Of a stretch of DNA of 64,000 nt, positions 59,215 to 64,000 are shown in pieces. The stretch comes from an uncultured Nitrososphaerota archaeon (GTDB lineage Archaea; Thermoproteota; Nitrososphaeria; Conexivisphaerales; DTJL01): contig CAWJIE010000004.1 of NCBI GenBank assembly GCA_963842885.1, positions 224,001-288,000 on the forward strand. Direction: 5' to 3'. A program made the position numbers and the translations under genes. Within the stretch, counting starts at the first letter, position 1; every line of letters begins with the position of its first letter. Under the pieces are notes generated by a model. It searched no databases and was not told the origin of the DNA. It saw only the letters and a program-made list of their open reading frames with translations.

Positions 59215-61117
59215 CTAGGTGAGGCTCAAATTGATGATGGCCACTTCTTTGGCCACCTTCAACATCTTGCCCTCAGTGATGAGCCCCTTCTCGGCCAATT
59301 CTTTGAAGCCTGCTATGAGCCGTCCCTTGAACTCCATTTGACTGAACAGGTCGAAATCACCGGCCGGTGCGTTCCACTGGAATGAAGGCAGCCTGCTTCG
59401 AATGTAGATATCGACTGCGCTTGGTGAGAACATAGAGACATCGCTACGCGTCACAGTGGAGCTTGGCTCGTTCGAAGAACGACTGGCGCGCCCCATGATG
59501 AATGCTGGTTCGGATGAACCGAGCCCAGTGCCCACATAGAATGGATAGTAAATCACCTTCGACAAATCTCCTCCTGAAAGAGTCATCGCTTCAAGGCCTT
59601 GTTGAATGTTCTCATCAGCATATTTCTGGGCGGAGACGAGGGTCACCTTTAGCTTGTCCATGGAAGACTTGAGTCCTTCGAAAGATTTGTCAATTGAAGG
59701 AAGCCTGTGCCCAAGCACGGCCTCAGCCTCCGCGACCTCCGAATCGAATCCGGTTAAGCTCGCCCTGGCATTTCCTCTCAATTGCGTCAATCTCGCTGCC
59801 CTTCTGCTGCTTGAGCTCCTCAAGCTCAGCTTCTCTTTTCTCAAAGGAAGCTTTCGCTTCGTCGGCCTTCGCTTTGATTGGACGGTAGCTCGTTTCAAAC
59901 TTCTCTAGCTCGGCGTTGCCTCTTACCTGCTCCTCGGAGAGTCTCTTCAGTTCCTCGTCGAGCTGTTGCTTCTTGCTCTCGTAGCCCAGGGCCTGTCGCT
60001 CAAGAAATGCCATCTCGGCGTCAAGTGGGGTGTCCTCCGGAACGGATTTCGCCTCTCCGACCTTTGTAGAACGGATCTGAATGTTGGATTGGTCTTCTTG
60101 GAGCTTGGTGTACTTCGTCCTAAACTCGTCGGCCTTGTTGGCCGTTTCATCACGTGATGCCGTGGATTGATCAATCGAGTCCTGTAACTTTGATGCGGCC
60201 GCATGCATTTCATCGTATACGCTCTGCACCGGCATCAACTCGATTTGGGTTTCTTCGTTGGCTTCCCCTGCGCTCTTGAGCTGCTTTTCGGCCTTGTTTA
60301 ACAACGGCTTGTAGGTCTTCTCCACGTCCTGTTTGTCCGAATCGCGCTGTTCAATGGCGTCCGCTTCCTCCCGGCCCTTGAGCGCCTTGAGGTCGTCGAA
60401 TTCCCTCGCCAGCTTGTCCTTGGAAAGGGCAACAAGTTTCTCGAACTCCTGTGCGCGTGTGTCCAACAGGCCTATTGAGTCGCTACATCTGTGTAGGTAG
60501 TCTGTCAGGAAGCTGACGTGTTTCTCTATGGTTGCTAGCAGCCCGAAGGCCTCGTCCCAAGAATATGAAGGGTTGATTCTCTCGGATATCGCGACCTTGT
60601 AGTGTGAAAGCCTAGAGCCGCTCCCCCCGACCAGAGGTTTAGTTGCTTCTACGAAGCTAGCGTACTCCTTGATCAGGAACTCCTTGCTAAGGGCGGAGGA
60701 GAGGTCCTGATTGTAGTCATCTTGAAGCCGAGTGTAATTCAGCAGCGCGCCCGAAATGTGATTGAAGATGGCTTGACTAGATTCTCCTGTGAAATCGAAA
60801 GCAGTTCTTTCCTTGTTGACCAGATAGCTCAGTTGCGCCACCAGCATGGAGGGATTGAAATCGTCGAAGGATGTGATAGAGACGGCTCTTGTAGAATCTA
60901 GAACCCAGTACCCGCTCCTGTTGGGGACGGGGACCAAATACAGGGGGTATAAGGTCCTCCTGATGCTCTCCAGCCGCCTCGAAGCAGCGGATGGAAACCA
61001 TCTATCCGGTCCACGCATCTCTAAATAGACCCGTGCATACTCTTCGTTTTCATCGATCTGCGACTCGCTGCCGTCTCGTATGAAAAGAAGGACGGCTTCT
61101 TCCCGTTCGGTAGGCAA
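59215..61117 (-). CDS. Long coiled-coil protein with globular ends, frameshifted near 59745
   Basis: N-terminal LYPLYLV, heptad-rich middle, C-terminal IYYPFYVG in the second frame. Confidence 0.65.
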
Positions 61118-61329
61118 TATCCTATTAACGTGTGAGATGGTGTTATAATAGTCCTGAGGTATATTATTCTTAACCAGTTCGTTGCAACGTATGATATCTG
61201 GAGGTTTTGCACCGAGGTCATTCGGTCATTACGGGGACTCGGCCTACCAATCTAAACATATGGATGTCGAAAGAGCACCGATAGGCCAAGAGAACCGACC
61301 CCGCATCACGTGCTCTGACTAGCCCGGCG

Positions 61330-61463
61330 GCAGGTGTCGGACTGGGGATGTGAGCATGGCACTCGATTCCGGCAACTTCAACCATGGCTGCGAACCTGTT
61401 GACCTTGGCGAAGAAGTTTCCTCTGACTAGATCATGCCATTCAATCAGGGCGTCGGATTTCAT
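61330..61463 (-). pseudogene. sfsA: N-terminal remnant of the SfsA nuclease
   Basis: LVRGNFFAKVNRFAAMVEVAGIECHAHIPSP resembles the SfsA RxNRF...AHxPNxG pattern, then breaks off. Confidence 0.6.
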
Positions 61464-61604
61464 CTGACATCAACTGCAAAAGGCGACCACACTCTTAACT
61501 GCTTGGACCGGTTAGTGGAAAACTTGTGCCACATGGGTTTCGGTGGAATGCCTCGTTCCTTGGTCTGTCAAAACGTTAAATCTTCAGCTTCAGATAGTTA
61601 CCGT

Positions 61605-62402
61605 GTGGCCGTTCCTCTGCTGGAGGTTATGAACCTTACGAAGGTGTTCGGGAGTGTCAAGGCTCTCGACGGATTGAACCTGAAAGTCTTTCCAGGCGAG
61701 ACCTACGGCTTGCTCGGCCCGAACGGCGCTGGTAAGAGCACCACCATGAAGATAGTCGGCGGCCTCTTGGAACCCACTTCAGGGGAAGTCAGGGTCGTAG
61801 GCTTCGATCCTGTCAGAAACTCCGTTGAGGTCAAATCAAAGATAGGGTACGTCGCGGAGAACCCCGTGATGTATGAATCCCTCTCCCCCAGAGACTTTTT
61901 CGAATTCGTGGCTTCGGTGCGTAAACTGAACCAAGCATCAGCCAACAAGATGGTCACACAGCTAGCTGAGGCGTTTGACATGGCACAGTACTTCGATTCC
62001 CCTATCGCGACGCTGTCCTTGGGCACCAAGCAGAAGGTCGCGGTGATCGCCTCCTTGCTTCATAAACCCCCCTTGCTCTTACTCGACGAGCCTTTGAATG
62101 GACTCGATGCGAAGAGTAGTCGCATATTCAAGGACTTGATGTCGTTTCATACCCAGAGTGGTGGAGCGGTTCTCTTCTCAACGCATATTATGGAGGTGGC
62201 GGAGCGAATATGCACCAGAATCGGAATCATTTATCAGGGAAAGGTCTTGGCGGAAGGGACCTTGGAAGAGCTTCGCAAGATGGCTGGCGGTAGGGATGCG
62301 TCCCTCGAAGATGTCTTCTTGAAATTGATTAACGAGGAAACGGAGGTCACAGATACGGTGAGAATGCTCAGGGAGGCGTTCTCTACAGACGGACGCAAAT
62401 GA
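61605..62402 (+). CDS. ABC transporter ATP-binding protein (no adjacent permease)
   Basis: GPNGAGKST, LSLGTKQK, LLDEP, STH, SLEDVFL. Confidence 0.9.
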   Translation: MAVPLLEVMNLTKVFGSVKALDGLNLKVFPGETYGLLGPNGAGKSTTMKIVGGLLEPTSGEVRVVGFDPVRNSVEVKSKIGYVAENPVMYESLSPRDFFEFVASVRKLNQASANKMVTQLAEAFDMAQYFDSPIATLSLGTKQKVAVIASLLHKPPLLLLDEPLNGLDAKSSRIFKDLMSFHTQSGGAVLFSTHIMEVAERICTRIGIIYQGKVLAEGTLEELRKMAGGRDASLEDVFLKLINEETEVTDTVRMLREAFSTDGRK

Positions 62403-62624
62403 AATGTTCGATTTGGTTCCCCCGTTTCTCCTCGGCTAATCCATCCTCTCAACTGGAAGCTTCTTCGTTGGTTTCGTTTGATACCCGGTCGTGTTGGTCC
62501 GCAAACTTGTAACGCTCTTCTCCAAGAGGGGATTTCCGTGGAAGCCGCTGGCGAGATAGGATAGGGATGCAATCCGGCAACCTTCGAAGATGTTGTCGTC
62601 CAGATTCATATAAAGACCCTTTCG

Positions 62625-63869
62625 GTGTCTAGTGGCGGCGTAGAGCGAGCGTTGTTTGAAGAGTACGGGGGAATACCTCGAGAGGCAACCTACCTGATCT
62701 ATGCAGGGTTCCTCCCGTCTTTCGCCCTGGGTATGTTCTACACCGACTTGGCATACTTTCTACCTAGCATACAGGGAGTCCCGCTTTCCGTTGTAGGCTC
62801 GCTACAGACTGTGATGGGCATAACCATGGTCTTGACAAGCATACCTCTGGGCGTCATGGCAGACCGGTTCGGCAGGAAGAGGTTCGTGATAATGGGGTGC
62901 GTTCTCGCAAGCACCACCATAGTGATGTTCGCCTTAACTACAAATACGGTTTTGTTGGTTGTCGCGGCAATCGTCGAGGGTATGTCTGAAGGGGCGTTCG
63001 CTGGTTCATCTAGCGCTCTAATGGCGGAAAAGGCTGGCGATGACAAGCGGACAGCTGCGTTTTCCTACTCCTTCTTCCTCAACAACATTGGCTCGGGGCT
63101 GGGCAGTTTCTCTATCGCCTCGGTATCGGTCTTCGAAGCCTTCGGTATAGGAACGCGACAAGCGCATGTTCTGCTCTATCTGCTCTTCGCCCTGCTTGGC
63201 CTCTCGTCAATCCTTATCGTTTCCAAGGTTGGTGAATCGAGGGAACTGAAAACATCGAAGGGCAAGACTGGTTTGCTGCCGCGGAAATCCTTGGGTGTCC
63301 TCCTCAAATACGCTGCCACAGGCTCGATAATCGCGTTCGGCGCAGGGATGGTAGTCCCATTGATGAGTGGATGGCTGAAACTGAGCTATGGTGTCAGCGA
63401 CCAGCTGAGCGGTCCCATGCTGGGGGTCTCCACCATACTGATGGGTGTGACAAATCTTGCCGTTCCGCGAATCGCTAGAAGGCTTGGAGTCGTGAAAGCC
63501 ATAGTCATCACACAGGGTTCTTCCACACTCCTGATGTTCGTGGTTCCTTTTTCGCCCAATTTTGCGACGGCTAGCGTCGTCTACATCTCCCGCAGTGTGC
63601 TGATGAACATGTCGAACCCGTTGGAGCAGTCCTTAATCTTGGGTATGGTCTCACCCGATGAACGCAGTGCAGCGTCTGGAATAAGTGCTGCCCTTTGGAG
63701 GCTACCCAATTCGATAAGCACAGGAATAGGGGCGTATTTGATGGGTGCTGGATATCTGGCGTTACCATTTTACCTGGCGTCCATGTTATACATCATATCG
63801 ATAGGACTCTTCTGGTACTTCTTCAACAACATTCGACTCCCAGAGGAAATGGTCTTGAAAGGGGTCTAG
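62625..63869 (+). CDS. MFS transporter
   Basis: GVMADRFGRK motif A, about 12 TM helices. Confidence 0.92.
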   Translation: MSSGGVERALFEEYGGIPREATYLIYAGFLPSFALGMFYTDLAYFLPSIQGVPLSVVGSLQTVMGITMVLTSIPLGVMADRFGRKRFVIMGCVLASTTIVMFALTTNTVLLVVAAIVEGMSEGAFAGSSSALMAEKAGDDKRTAAFSYSFFLNNIGSGLGSFSIASVSVFEAFGIGTRQAHVLLYLLFALLGLSSILIVSKVGESRELKTSKGKTGLLPRKSLGVLLKYAATGSIIAFGAGMVVPLMSGWLKLSYGVSDQLSGPMLGVSTILMGVTNLAVPRIARRLGVVKAIVITQGSSTLLMFVVPFSPNFATASVVYISRSVLMNMSNPLEQSLILGMVSPDERSAASGISAALWRLPNSISTGIGAYLMGAGYLALPFYLASMLYIISIGLFWYFFNNIRLPEEMVLKGV

Positions 63870-64000
63870 ACTGCGAAGCTTCCTGCCGTGCGCAAGACTT
63901 ATAGGAAGTTGACCTTAACTCATTCTGGCGCTACGCCATTACGAAGGAAACAAGAGGTAAACGTAGATGAAAGAGTCACAAAAGGTTAGTGATGGAGAGA

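Noticed and set aside
23266-59900. Programmed ribosomal frameshifting as a shared mechanism
   Set aside because: The shifts go in both directions, lack a common slippery heptamer or stimulator, and affect unrelated genes

Overview
Archaeal chromosomal segment of about 58% GC by eye. Gene content suggests a TACK archaeon, most likely a basal, non-ammonia-oxidising Nitrososphaerota-like lineage (inference from DUF1512, the tfe-trm56-hflX-mbf1-PUA-nac cluster, a free-standing 5S rRNA and intron-containing tRNAs). The left two-thirds is mostly core genes: pheT/pheS, trpS, coaD, map, 5S rRNA, tRNA-Trp/Pro/iMet, nrdJ, tiaS, tsr3, RNase P RNA, iorAB, rpl12, plus a coxMS/G/L-like Mo-hydroxylase. The right part holds a diaminopimelate lysine operon, accessory genes and several gene relics (argH, acdA, sfsA, LLM oxidoreductase). 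About ten single-base frameshifts probably reflect assembly errors. The most striking signal is a winged-HTH + ATP-cone + NrdD-fold protein that has no catalytic cysteine or glycyl-radical motif and lies tail-to-tail with the class II ribonucleotide reductase. A TGTYRACA-like motif occurs upstream of nrdJ, at the start of the HTH-NrdD gene, and as a helically phased ~11-bp array in the 30.5-30.8 kb intergenic region. Together these form a candidate archaeal nucleotide-sensing regulatory system, next to a kinase-N-glycosidase fusion and a Nudix gene. All family assignments come from motif recognition by eye; no database searches were run.
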